Shown in pieces: positions 46,048 through 58,589 of a stretch of DNA of 64,000 nucleotides. This stretch comes from Nemertoderma westbladi (lineage: Eukaryota > Animalia > Xenacoelomorpha): contig JAUCBJ010003252.1 of the NCBI GenBank assembly GCA_032718475.1, positions 14,368-78,367 on the forward strand, read 5' to 3'. A program made the position numbers and the translations under genes. How positions within the stretch are numbered: position 1 is the first letter of the stretch; each line of letters begins with the position of its first letter. The notes under the pieces were generated by a model. It worked only from the letters and a program-made list of their open reading frames with translations, did no database searches and was not told where the DNA came from.

Positions 46048-46840
46048 CCCTTTGCACATGGCTTAATAAACTTGCATTGATCTCAAATCCGGCAGATTTT
46101 ATAAAAATGAGCTATAATTTAGAACGTGTTAGAAATCAAATTATTACACTGTATTATTAAAATGAACTATAATAATGTAATAAATTATTTATAATTTATC
46201 AATTTTAACTAAATCATTAACAACTAATTTACTAATTAATGAGTTTATATTTATTTTATAAAATTTTTTTTTTAAGAAAGATAAGATAAGAAATTTATTT
46301 TTCCATAAACAAAACAAAAAACAAATTGCATAGACAAAAAAGACGAAATGTCGTCCTGTTGCTAAACCAAAAATGTCTGGGGACCATAACCGCTGCCATA
46401 AAATGAACACACCAAGGAATATTAGAACCAGTAAGTAAGTAACTCATAAGCAACTTCGAAAAAAAAATATTAAAATAACTTATGGTAATGACGGAAATAT
46501 CTTGGCAGATAAAGATTATTTATTATCTTTGTTTAGCATAAAGTAGTTTATGGCAGGAGGACAGTATAATAGCTTAGCTAGTGGTTTACTGTCCCCCTGT
46601 GGGGGGGGGGGGGGGGGGGGGTGGGTTGCTGCTACGATTAATGTTAAAATATTTAATTGAAAGTATAAAACGTTAATAAATAATATTAATATCATTTAGC
46701 TGTCGGTGTCATCAACAATGTATTATTTTTACGGAAGCTGAATTTGTATTGCTACGAACAAATGTTATATAGATTAAGATAAAAATATAATACTTATTTC
46801 CTTATTATTACTACCTATTTTCCAGGTTGTATAAAAAATT

Positions 46841-49800
46841 CTAAAGCTCTGAGTGAAGGTTGAGTAACAAATCTTTTATTTTTTTCAAAAAGATCGGTTT
46901 ACTTGTAATTTTTCTAATAGAGGGGTTTATGTTATTCCAAATCAGTGGACCTTGCAATGCAAGAGACTGATGGGCTACATTAAGACGCACAAGGGGAAGT
47001 ATAAATGATCCTGATGCTGATGAACGTGTATTGTACGAATGGGTTGATGAAAATTTCCTAAAAAGATGGGTTAATGAAGATTTGGCATTATTATGAATAT
47101 CAAACATCAATTTACAAACTTGGTATTTATATAATTGTTCTAATGGAAGTATACTTAGGCGTTGATATATGGGTAATGACGAGGCTTGATAATGTCTGAA
47201 TGTCATAACTCGTATAATTTTATTTATTTTTATCCTAATTGGACTAGTAATAGATGTATATGTACTTCCCCAAACAATTAGTCCATACTGTATATAGGGA
47301 TATATTAGAGCAAAGAATAATGTACGTAAAATGTGCAATGGAAATACATGTCTGAGTCTATAAAAAATTCCTCCAGACTTAGATATTTTATTATATATAT
47401 ATTGTACATGGGATCGAAAGTTTAATTGCCTATCAATAAGTATACCTAGATATTTTGTCCTATCTACTCTATTAATTACTTGATCATTAATTATAATACT
47501 AGGGAACGACGGGGCATTTTGTTTGTTAGTGTAAAGTGTGTATTCGGTCTTTTTTATATTGAGAGACAATTTATTGTCAATCAGCCAATTTGAAATGTGA
47601 ACAAGATTTGAATTGGTTCTATTAGAAAGCTGTAATAAATCCTTATCGTGTAACATTAGCGAAGTGTCATCTGCAAATAAAGTGGTAACGAAATCACTAC
47701 AATTTGGTAAATCATTGATATATAACAAAAAAAGTATGGGGCCCAGAATCGAGCCTTGAGGAATACCACATAAAATAGATTTATAAGTTGAATAAGAGCC
47801 GCCTAATGAAACACGCTGCAAACGATTGGAAAGGTAACTAGAAAAGAGTGAATGAGGGATACCCCTTATGCCGTATGAATCTAATTTTTTTAATAAAATT
47901 GAGTGATCTAGCGTATCAAACGCCTTTTTAAGGTCGATATATACGACACAAGCAGAATCCCTGTCATCCAAGATAGACCACAATTTTTCAACAATTTGTA
48001 AAATTGCCTCCGATGTTGTATGTTTTTTCCTAAAACCGTGTTGGTTGCGTGTTAAAATTAAGTTTTTGTCCAGATATAAAATTAACTGAGAATAAATAAT
48101 AGTCTCAAATATTTTACTAAATACCGGAAGCAGTGAAATTGGACGATAATTAGAAGTGTCACAAGGATCATCACCTTTATAAGCTGGAATTACCTTAGCT
48201 TTCTTTAAACTGTCTGGAAATAAACCTGATTTAATACTAGAATTAATTAAATTAGCTAGATGTATGCTTATAATACTGGCGGCCAATTTTACCAGTTTCA
48301 CCGGAAATGCATCATTAGTGGATGAATTTTCATTTAAGTTTAACAAGTGATAGTGAACTTCAACAGCAGACGTTTCTATGAGACTAAAGGAATTGTATTT
48401 TTTATGACTAATATATCTTGTGGGTGAGCGTGGTGAGTGGGCAATATTAGCAGCTAATTTTGGACCTACAGTAGTGAAGAAAATGTTAAATACTTCAGCC
48501 ATTTCCGAGGTTTTGGTGATTGAAATATTGCTATTCTGAGCATCTTTGATATTTAGAGCCCTAGGTATGGCATTTGTGGAGGATTTATTTAGAGCTGTGT
48601 TAATAACCTTCCATGTTTTTTTAATATTGGATTTATTTTTTTCAAATTGGTCAGTGTAGTATTTTTTTTCTGATTGGCGTAAAAGTGAGGTAAGGTTATA
48701 ACGAACCTGTCTTTAGACTGGGTAGTTTTTGTCTAAAGCTGAGGCCGGCAAAAACACGATGGATATATTTACCTATATATTTACCTATATCACTATATAT
48801 GTCACTATATCACTCACTATGTATGTTCACCAAATGGCTTGAAACCACTTGCATGCATTGTAAAATTGTAAACGCAAGTATTTATCAATTGTTGTCTAGT
48901 TGTTGAATAAAAAAGTTGGGAACGATTCGAAGTGCGATATTCGAAATATTTGCATATTTTCAACATTATTGAACGCGAAATTAAATACCCACAACTCCCT
49001 TGCTTGAAATGTTTTTCAGGTGATTGATATTTAGCAATTATTATGAGGTTACTTACTACTGAAATCTGACAGAATGCCAAACGTATTATTATAGTTCTAT
49101 CTCTATTCAGCCAGTTAGTGTAATGTCAAGCAGTACATCATTTATATATCGTATGTATCTATAGGGCCTAATTGCCATCGTTATAATACTGTCATCAACT
49201 TAGGCTAAGCTCAATTGTAATGCAAAGGCTTAGTAGGTTTTGTATATCTGGGACGTTTACAACAGCTGTCGATTAAACTAACAAAACCATAAAACTGAAC
49301 CAGGGTGGCTGCCAGCCGGGTACCAACGGCTGTTGGGTAGACTTAAGGGAACATTTCACAAACTTTCATAGGATGCTTGTACATGTACATTATATTGGTT
49401 GCTCCGATGTTTTTATTAGGCTAACTGAGAATGTATCAGGTATAAATACTGTAATTATAGTGTTCTTTATTTTATTTATCTAATACAGAAAAGACCCCTC
49501 CGCAGAATAAACTGCTCTTTTGGGCCGTTTCTCAGGTTGCGGATATGGATACCATTTCACACATCATCGTAGTAATTGTGATTATGATTTGTTTGCCTAG
49601 GCGAATGTGTATTACATTAGATGGGAGGCAGTTTTTTGGTTGATGCAAGTCATTCTTGGTTTGCATCTTCCAATCCCATCTGTTTCTTGGAGTCTGTGTA
49701 AGACAGGTTCGTTTAAAGCCATCTTGATGGCGTTCTAGTTACGATATTGTTTATATGTCTTATGGTTAAGGTCAGTAGGCTTTGAGATATAATGTGCGTA

Positions 49801-51186
49801 AAGTTTGTTTTTTCTGTGGATAGACTTAATTAATGATTGGGTTAACCATGGTTTACGAGGAATATCTTTCTTGGAAATTGTTTTTAGTGGTAATTGTTCT
49901 TTGCAAATATCCTCAAAGTTTTTGTAAAATAAATCAAATTTTTGTTGTTCTGGTAGGGGGCTACATTTATATGTCCATAAATTTTCTTTTCGCAGTTCAT
50001 TTAAAAAGCAATCTGGATTAAATTTAGAATAATCGAATGATATCTGTGATTCAGCTGGTTTAAAGTAAGATGTATAATTGCTTAAAACTAAGAATGTTGG
50101 TAAGTGGTCAGTCGTTCCTATCTCTGTAAGTAGAACACCGCTGTTACATATAGAAGAAGTAATATTGGTACATATATGGTCAATAAGAGTTTCTGAGTAT
50201 TTCGTAATTCGCGTAGGTTTTTTAATGGTTTGGGTAAATCCATTAGACTGAAGCACATTTAAATAGCTGTCAGATTGTGTATTTTTCTTTAGAGTATTAA
50301 TATTGAAATCACCTGTTAGCACTACATCATAATTACATTCAGCTAAAGTCAGTAATCTAGTATCTAAGTCAGCGATAAAAACTTCTTTAGATATTTTTTC
50401 AGAACGGTATATGCAGCCTACTATTAGTGGTTTGAGTGGTTTAGGACGAGTAATTTCAATCCATGTATTTTCCGGTCCTTTTATTTTTAGGTCATCACGC
50501 ACTTTCCTGTCCAGTTCATCTCTCACATAAACAGCAGTACCACCCCTCGAACGTTTTCCACTTTTACGAAAGTCACAAATTGGTTTTTGATAACCATTAA
50601 TATTCATCTTGTCGAGAGGGTGGTCCTTCGTTAAAAAAGTTTCTGATATACATAAGACGTCAATTTTACATTCAAGTGCATTTAGATAGTCAGTTAAAGA
50701 TAAAAAATTCGAAATTAAACTCCGAGTATTTAAATGAAAAATTGAGATAGAATCTTTATTACCTTTCAAGAATTTCGCATCGAAACTTTCTTCATTATAG
50801 TAACCCTTCGAAAAAGTAGAATTAATAAAATTTATATCTGGATCAATATTGTTAAAAATACCATCAAGTGACTCCAGTCTACAGTTATCGTCATACGTGT
50901 CATTGGATCCAAAAATATCATTATCATCGGTTTCAATATGAGAGAACGGAAAAATTGTTGAATATCAAAACAAGCACCAATTAGAAGTATTATTTTTTAA
51001 CAGAGAGTGTTCTGTTGGTGATAAAAAACTTCCACATTGCAAGTGATATTCCTGACAGCAAAAATTGCATACGAATATTATGTCGTTTAAAACAAATTTA
51101 GAAAAACAAAAATCGCAGCATTGGGGGGAGATGGGTTGAGATGGGAAAGGTAACATACCACACAGTAATGTAGTATAGTGCAGCAA
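46841..51186 (-). pseudogene. LINE ORF2: N-terminal PHD-like remnant, APE endonuclease (49735-50769), RT (46841-48502)
   Basis: HLNTRSL, CISETFL, GDFNIN, TDHLP; NYRPISLL, QHGFR, IDLKKAFDT, GIPQGSILGP, FADDT. Interrupted between YKQYRN and LTSLLRQ by 48698-49738. Confidence 0.92.
48698..49738 (+). mobile_element. Helentron-associated non-autonomous element (HINE/DINE-1-like)
   Basis: Asymmetric 14-bp inverted repeats aacgaacctgtctt (48700) / aagacaggttcgtt (49700), 3' palindrome gccatcttgatggc (49718-49731), 5' microsatellite-like tract, flanked by TT. Confidence 0.75.
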
Positions 51187-52723
51187 CCAGCCAGAAGAGT
51201 GGAATGTTAGGCCTTAAGTGTGTGTATCGGAGGTTAGACATAAAAATAAAAACATAAAAAATCCACAATTTGTGATTATATCTGCCAAAACGTCCATTCA
51301 GTAATAATAACAACAATGCATGCATGCTTTATGACAATTACATGGTATTCGTATTGTCCACATTTATACAAATATAATATTTTTATTTTAATAATAGTAT
51401 ATTAATAAATTTATTTATAATTAAAGACTTCATAGATATTATTAACGGATAAATTTCTAATAGATCTAATAGATAACGAGGCGCCCACATGTACATAACA
51501 CTCATGGAATTATTAAATTAGCACAATTTCCAATAATATATATAACGGTCAACACAGTATAATGTACATGTGACGGCATATTCGCATACCTGGGCGGCTC
51601 ATAATATTTTTTCATATTTTGCATGCATATATAGTTGAATAATATGTATATACTAGTAATATAATAAAAGTACATATAAGAAGGGTTTCTATAGATGAGT
51701 ACATCCTATACATCACATACATTAAGGTTGAATGGACCGCATGGCACCGGTATTCAATTTTTAGGTCATGGTCTCCCATTTAAATATAAATGCATTTTCC
51801 AGTAAAATAATTTCATACCAGTATCATATTTGATACAGTACGTATGTTAATACAACTGTACAATAAAATATACCGGTATCCCTAATTAGCTACAAGTAGT
51901 CGAACTACTTGCACTATCATTACTTACATGAATATACGTATAATACATTTAGCGTTTAATATATACCTATAATTTACAATATAGCCTACCTAAAACGATT
52001 AAGACAGTAGGACAAAACGATAAGAGTATGCTAGTACTACGATAAGTACATGATGGGTATACATTAAAGTGTTAGTAGCTCTAACCAGTTTCAAATAATG
52101 ATATGCATATATATAGTATAACAAGGGGCAACGGTATTCAAATATAAGATATACGTACCGGTATTCCAATTTGATATACCGGTACTACCGGTATATCAAA
52201 TTGTAGGTTATATATGGTCAATATCTATATATATAAGTTAAATATAAGTGCATTTTCAATAAAGTAATTTCATACCGGTAAATCATTGTTATTACATTAT
52301 GTATATTGTATACCATATTTATTACAGTATGTATGTATGTCTATACAACTACCGGTATACTATAAGAATGTACCGGTATCCCTAATTAGCTACAAGTAGC
52401 CGAACTTGATCTATTTACAATATCTTAACCAGTACTTACTAACTTACATTTATTTAACCATTACAACATTATTTGCATTAGTATACGTATAATATAATAC
52501 ATTGAACATTTAATATATATCTGGCTATAACAGAATAACGCAAATAAAACAATTAAGACAGTAGGACAAAACGATAAGAAGATCCTAGAATTACAGAAGT
52601 TGATACCGACAATCTCTTCTACAATTACAGTAGACAATGACAAAACAAATGGTATATAATGCAGAAATAGTTGGCTATTGTAGCAAGGAGAGTAGGCGAT
52701 ATATACAGGCAAACTATACACAA

Positions 52724-53659
52724 CTAAACTGGGTCACCAGCAGAGATAGGAATTTCTTCGTTGTAGACGATACGATCCGAAGATACCGGTAGTATTCCAG
52801 GATTGGCAACATTCTCCGGATCATCACTGAGGTCGATAACATAACGATTGCTGATTGGAACATTCGCGCGACTCTCCGCGGTTACTGTGTTGGGGGTAGA
52901 ACGGGTTGTGCGCTTAGCAGAAGCCGGTCTGCCTACCCTACCACGCTTCGTCGACTGATACTTTAGAGGATCGTCAAGGCCTGCCCGTCCATCCAGGCCT
53001 GTATTCATTAATGTGGCGGAAGAGCCGATTACCCTGAGTTTGGCTATATCCTCAAGGGAAGAAATTAATAAAGACTTCTTGTCGTTTTCGTTAACACGTG
53101 CGTAGATTCTTCCATTCCGGGCATAAGCGGTATATATTTTTTCTGATTTTAGGATATTGAGGAGGTCAGCCCGGAATGGTGTGAGGTGGTCTGTGGTGTA
53201 AACTCCTTTTGGGAGTTTACTAAGGTTTCCTAAAACTATGCCACGTTGGGAATGTCCCAAGAATCGGACAATTATTGGGCGCGTCTTAGTAGGATCTTGA
53301 CGGATTGGGCCTAGCCGATGAACGACGTCAACCATAAATGGGGCAATTCCCATTTTCCCTAGGACTTCCATTACAAGTGATCGATCGGAATCATGGTCCT
53401 TTTCCGGGAATCCGTGAAAGAGGATGTTATGTTTTCTGCTATAATAATCGCGTTCGTCTAACTCACTGCGCAGATTTTGGATCTCGGTTTTTAGATTACG
53501 ATTATCAAGTTTGAGCTCGTTTACTGTTTCACACACCGCGTCAATAGATAAATGAGAAAGGGTCTCTTTGACATCTCTCATATCATTCGATAAGTCTACA
53601 ATGAGTGATTGAAGTTTATCAATCTTAGAGTCAGTTGAAGTCGGCTTGGTGGGTGCCAT
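52724..53659 (-). CDS. LINE ORF1, coiled coil + RRM-like domain (311 aa, intact)
   Basis: Heptad-rich N-terminus, YSRKHNILFHGFPE, VHRLG...RPIIVRF, TDHLT, RNGRIYAR. Confidence 0.85.
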   Translation of the reverse strand: MAPTKPTSTDSKIDKLQSLIVDLSNDMRDVKETLSHLSIDAVCETVNELKLDNRNLKTEIQNLRSELDERDYYSRKHNILFHGFPEKDHDSDRSLVMEVLGKMGIAPFMVDVVHRLGPIRQDPTKTRPIIVRFLGHSQRGIVLGNLSKLPKGVYTTDHLTPFRADLLNILKSEKIYTAYARNGRIYARVNENDKKSLLISSLEDIAKLRVIGSSATLMNTGLDGRAGLDDPLKYQSTKRGRVGRPASAKRTTRSTPNTVTAESRANVPISNRYVIDLSDDPENVANPGILPVSSDRIVYNEEIPISAGDPV

Positions 53660-54084
53660 GACTGTCTGACTGTAATAGAACAGAGTGCAGGGATGACTAG
53701 ACTTGATTCTGTATGCTGTATCCGTAACTGTCTGGTATCTGTATCTCCCTGGAATCCGAATACATACGGTAAGTATTTAAACTTAGTTCAAGGTTAATTC
53801 AGTAGTTAGGCCTATCCATCGTCTGCTGGTCTGGCAGCTGCAAATCACTGATTCATAGTTCGGTACACCAGTATCGGTACACCAGTACAGATCCTGTTAT
53901 TTAATTTTCATTTTATATTTTTTTTTCATTTTCGAAATTTATTTTTTATTTTAATTGTATAAAAATCAATGATATGTCATATTTGTATATTTAACAGATG
54001 GCTTATCACTATTCAAACATATAAAAAATACGATCAATAGACCATTATACAGAATAGTCCATTTTATTATAAATCAATCCTAAA

Positions 54085-55354
54085 GGTACTTATGGTAATT
54101 CTCGAAACAAACACCCATATGTAATGTAGGTTTGTCAGGACAACTGCCTCACTGATAACGTGATTCCGAAACCCTAGTGCGAGTGCCACTTGGAACTTGA
54201 CTTCGGCACCACTTGCAAGGTCGACTTGGCCGTGGTCGAGTAGAAGTGGGTGGAATTTTTTCCAAGGAATGCTGTTGAGATATTCGATATGTTGGGTTTC
54301 TAGGTTGGCTGAGTTTCAGAAGCAATTCTACAAGAAGAAGTTGATAGTCATTGAAGTTTTTATGAACCAGTTTTGGTGGTAAATATATTTTCGCTAGAAT
54401 AAATCCATTTACAACTCCCAGATGCTGCATTAGGTGTACTCCTAACTTCTTTGGTCATACAAACGATTTACGGTGACACTTCACGGGAGCCAAATCTGGT
54501 CAATTCTGTCAGTTCAGTTCATAGTTGTGTTATAGTCTTCAATAGCCGAAGGTTTCTTGTAACTAATGTTTTCATGTTCATGTGTTATTCCTTGTTTATA
54601 TACTGTGCCAGCAACGTGCACTGAACTTATTACATATACATCCCTTTTATCAACAAATTTTACAAGTAAAATGTCATCCTTTCCGGTAAATTCAGATGTT
54701 ATAGGATGCATCTTGAAAGCTTTCAGTTCTGGAGGCACTCCTCTACCGGGTTTTATCGTTCTGAGAGACAAGGTGTTATTCTTGAGAAGGAAAGTCATGA
54801 GTCGTAGACTTTGAAACCAATTATCTACTGTTACTTGAAAGCCTTTGTTCAGAAGGTGCGATCTATGTAGAATGTGTACGACAATTTTTTCAGAAACTGT
54901 GAGATCATCAGTGTCCAAATCAGCACACCACTCTTCTGTGCCCTCCCTTCCACAATATACTTCAATATCAAACTTACTATTATAAAATAAACTTACTAAT
55001 ATCAATATCCTTTTATGCCAAACCACTGTACAGTGTGTTTACGCTTTCCAAATCTCTGTAATATGGCAAGTCTGACTTTCGTTTATCAGTATCAGGTACC
55101 GCAACACCCCAACCAGAATTGATTGGATATATTGGATGCATTGGTACTGGGAGGACAGTGGATGGAGTTGAACTGGGAAGGGGATCTCCTTCAGCTTCAC
55201 TTTCGTCAGCTGAAGATTCAGAAGCAGAACTGATTGATGATACATCTTTGTCATTGTCTTCATCTGTACTACTGTCAAAGCCATATCGTCTGACTGGCAA
55301 AGCTATTCTACGTGGACGTTTTGCATATCTGTCTAATATAGACATTGCTTCCAC
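54085..55354 (-). pseudogene. piggyBac transposase remnant (PGBD4-like), internally deleted
   Basis: Acidic/Ser-rich N-terminus, VTVDNWF, FVDKRDVYVISSVH, KPSAIEDYN, and CRD CKWC...CPDKPTLHMGVCFENYH. Confidence 0.85.
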
Positions 55355-55429
55355 ATTGCATATACTGTAGGTTTATCAAATAAAATAAAATGTACCCTAT
55401 ATTCCTAAATAAATAACAAATTATTTACA

Positions 55430-55765
55430 AAATTAAGTAAAATTAATTCATTTAGAAAGAATTTTTTTTTTCCCAGTGCTAGAAGTGTCTGAAATGGCCT
55501 AAAACCACAAAAAAACACAACTTTTAAAAATTTTGACACTGCATGACCCCCGCACAATTAGTGCAATGTTTTACAAAACTATGAAAAATGAAATAATTTG
55601 GACAGAAATTTATTTTTTAATATGATTTTTCCCATTGCTAGAAGTGTCTGAAATGGCATAAAACCGCAAAAAAACACCACTTTCCAAATTTTTGACAATG
55701 CAAGACCCCCGCACAAATAGTGCAAACAAACATCATTTTTGCTACTACTAAACTATGTAATTTTT
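55430..55765 (+). repeat. ~160-bp tandem repeat, two units
   Basis: gctagaagtgtctgaaatggc at 55478 and 55637; inverted relative to 58590-60200. Confidence 0.85.
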
Positions 55766-55769
55766 ACAC

Positions 55770-57911
55770 AGGTCGCACTACTACTGGTAGTATTTCGAGA
55801 CGTTCGTTCACCCGCAAATACACCATTGGTGATAAGATACTATGTAAGAAATGTTTTCTTGATACATTGCAAATATCTCCACAACGCATAAATGTGGCTC
55901 TGAAAAAGAATAGAAACAATGATTTCAGTGACCACCGTGGAGATTCTCGAGGGGGCTGGAACAAAACATCGAGCGACGCACATGATGAGGTTTGCAAACA
56001 TATATCGAGCTTCCCAAAGTACTACTCCCACTATTGGAGAGCTGACACTGATTCCAAGTTCCTCAGTCCAGATATGACCCTGTCTCTAATGTACCGCCTG
56101 TATACCGAATCTAATTTGACGTTTAGCAAGGTTTCAAATTCAACCTATAAAAATATATTTGATAAGGAATTCAACCTTCGATTTAAGACACTCAAGAAAG
56201 ATACATGTAAAACATGCGATATTTTTCATGCAAACATGCAGTCGGCAAATGGAGAGGAAGTGCAAAAACTGTAGGATGAGCATAATGTTCATGTAGATAC
56301 CGCGGAAAAACGACAAAGTTTAATAAAACAAGACTTCCAGAGAGCTAGTACAGACTGTGAATTTGAGGTGCTGACAATAGACATGCAAAAGGTGTACAGC
56401 TTGCCACGAATTCCTTCAAACATTGTTTACTATAAACGCCAGCTGACTATGTACAATCTCGGAATTCACTCTGGTACAACGAATAGAGGCTACTTCTATG
56501 TGTGGTTAGAAACGGAAGGCGGCAGAGGTACCCAGGATGTCGCATCATGTGTTTCATTGCACATGAGTAAGTATGTGTCAACTGATGTAAAGTATCTACA
56601 TATTTGGGCAGATTCTTGTGGAGGACAAAACCGTAGCGTCAAGTTCATCTACGCAATGGTATCTACTACACACCACAAGGCATTTGTAATCCATCACAAT
56701 TCAGTTTCCAACCTCCGGACACAGTTATTTACCTAATGATTCCGATTTTGGTGACGTGGAGTGCGCAATGAAGCATGTTCTACGTCTCTACACAGACACT
56801 GATGTTATGGATGTCATGAGAAATGCAGGAGTTAAGCAAAAGTTTGTAGTTAACCGTGTTAATCCCAAAGTCGACTTTCATTCTGTTAGTCCAATTTTGA
56901 ATGATTTCGTCAATCGAAAGAAGGATCCAGAGGAACGGAGAGTTAACTGGCTTCTAACTCATGAAATAACTATTCGAAAAGATAAGCCATTTATTGTGAA
57001 GATGGATGACGTGGAAATCGAACAGTAGCAACAAGGGGTCGCAAAAAAACAAGTAGGAATTATTTCACTGACCTTGGAAAATTAGGACTACCACTTTTAT
57101 GGCATGATGGAAATGCAATCTCAAGTAAGAAACGTAACGACATTAAAGAGCTGCTGCACCTAGTACCGAAGGACGCCAAGAGATTTTATACTAAATTGCT
57201 TAGAGACGCTACTGTAGTTGAAACAAATGATTATATTGATTATGTCCCTGATGATGTCTCTGATACAGGGTTGTAAACAATACTGTAATAAAACTGTCAT
57301 GCATAATGGTTTAAATATAGTTCAGTTAGTGAATAATTGCAAATTTATCAATATGTTTCAATAATACAGTATAATTATTACATTTTTAAGTGCTAGTATT
57401 AATTAGTTCCCATCATATAACTACAATTTCAGAATACAAATGATTTTCAAAAAGTGACGTAATATGTGGGAGAAAGTTGCAAAATTGGTAGGAAAAATTT
57501 AACAATTGCGTGGATTCGAACCTAGATTGTAGTATTATACACAATGCACAGTATGTCTGAAAAAAAGAAAGTAGATTCCGAAAGATAAACCATTTAAAAT
57601 AAAGAATTTTGCATTCAAATGTTATATTTTTTACCCAATGTCCATCGTTGGTACATTGCTGCAAATGCAGAATCTAAAATAACCAAATTTGCAGAAATGT
57701 ACTAACCAACAAAAAGGCTTATAACTTCGCAAGAAAACGACAATTTTGCATAAATATTTAGTATAAGGTAGACGAACACGTATATTTTGCATATGAGTCA
57801 AAACCTTTAATGTGGCATTTGAAGGGATTTTCTAAACGTTCAAAAACTTTGAAGTCATTTTTCTCAAAATCAACAAAATGTTGGTTAGTACATTTTTGCA
57901 TAACACTATCC
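55770..57911 (+). mobile_element. Second Sola1-type transposon, left end missing; transposase pseudogene
   Basis: FNLRFKTLKKDTCKTCD, TIDMQ, YYKRQL, WADSCGGQNRS. Right TIR ...tgcataacactatcc resembles that of 22278-25391 and is followed by ATCT. Confidence 0.87.
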
Positions 57912-57962
57912 ATCTAGCAGTTCAGTCTAGTAGGTGGTTTAGTAGTGGTAGTCTAGTAGGTG

Positions 57963-58266
57963 ATGATGATGATGATCGGCTTGCACTAGGGTGCAGTGCC
58001 GGCGGCCCCAGAAACATAGCGCCCCCAGATCTTGCGGTCAGCCATACAATTTCCTAATTCATTCCTGTTCTCAAGTCCTGTGTCCTTGAGCAGGCGTTTG
58101 AGGAAAGTCATTGGCTGTCCACCACGTCTATTCTCGCCAGCAGGCTACCACAGCACAAGGTTGTGTACAGGTTGATCCTGCCGGCGGAAACAGTGCCCAG
58201 CAAGCATTAGACGGCGTTTCTGCAGGGCGATGCTAGGTCTTGGCAATGAGATGTTACCATAAATAA
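57963..58266 (-). mobile_element. Short 3' fragment of a third RTE family with an (ATC)n tail
   Basis: RRLMLAGHCFRRQDQPVHNLVLW...KDTGLE; 13-bp TSD agtctagtaggtg (57950-57962, 58267-58279). Confidence 0.85.
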
Positions 58267-58589
58267 AGTCTAGTAGGTGGGTTAGGCTTTAATTAAGACT
58301 GTAAGAAGCATCTTGTCTTTAGTTCGAATAAAGTGTATAATTATAATTAAGACAGAAATTAAGTGGACGCAGAGTGGATATGGATAAGTATATAGTATGT
58401 AATGTGTACTGTTGTCGGCTCTCAAGTGTTAGCAGGTACAGCTCCGTTTGCAGTGCCCGTCAACATTCTGGTTGGCCTAGTCTTTGGAGGTTAAATAGTT
58501 GTAATTTACTGTATAAAGGTATTTCCAGCCATGGTGGATTTGGGTTGGTAAATAAAGAACTGCTACCCACCGTCTAACTAACAGTTAAT

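Larger units (their letters stand above)
46508..53895 (-). mobile_element. Near full-length L2/Crack-like (CR1-group) LINE
   Basis: ORF1 plus EN-RT ORF2. 3' UTR stem-loop ggacagta...tactgtcc (46558-46594) followed by AATAAA. Boundaries approximate. Confidence 0.85.
46048..55430 (-). mobile_element. piggyBac element (one end TTAA|ccctttgcacatggc) split by a LINE; the other end is not recognisable
   Basis: TTAA-CCC junction interrupting the RTE, and a minus-strand transposase remnant at 54085-55354. Linking the two is inferred. Confidence 0.55.
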
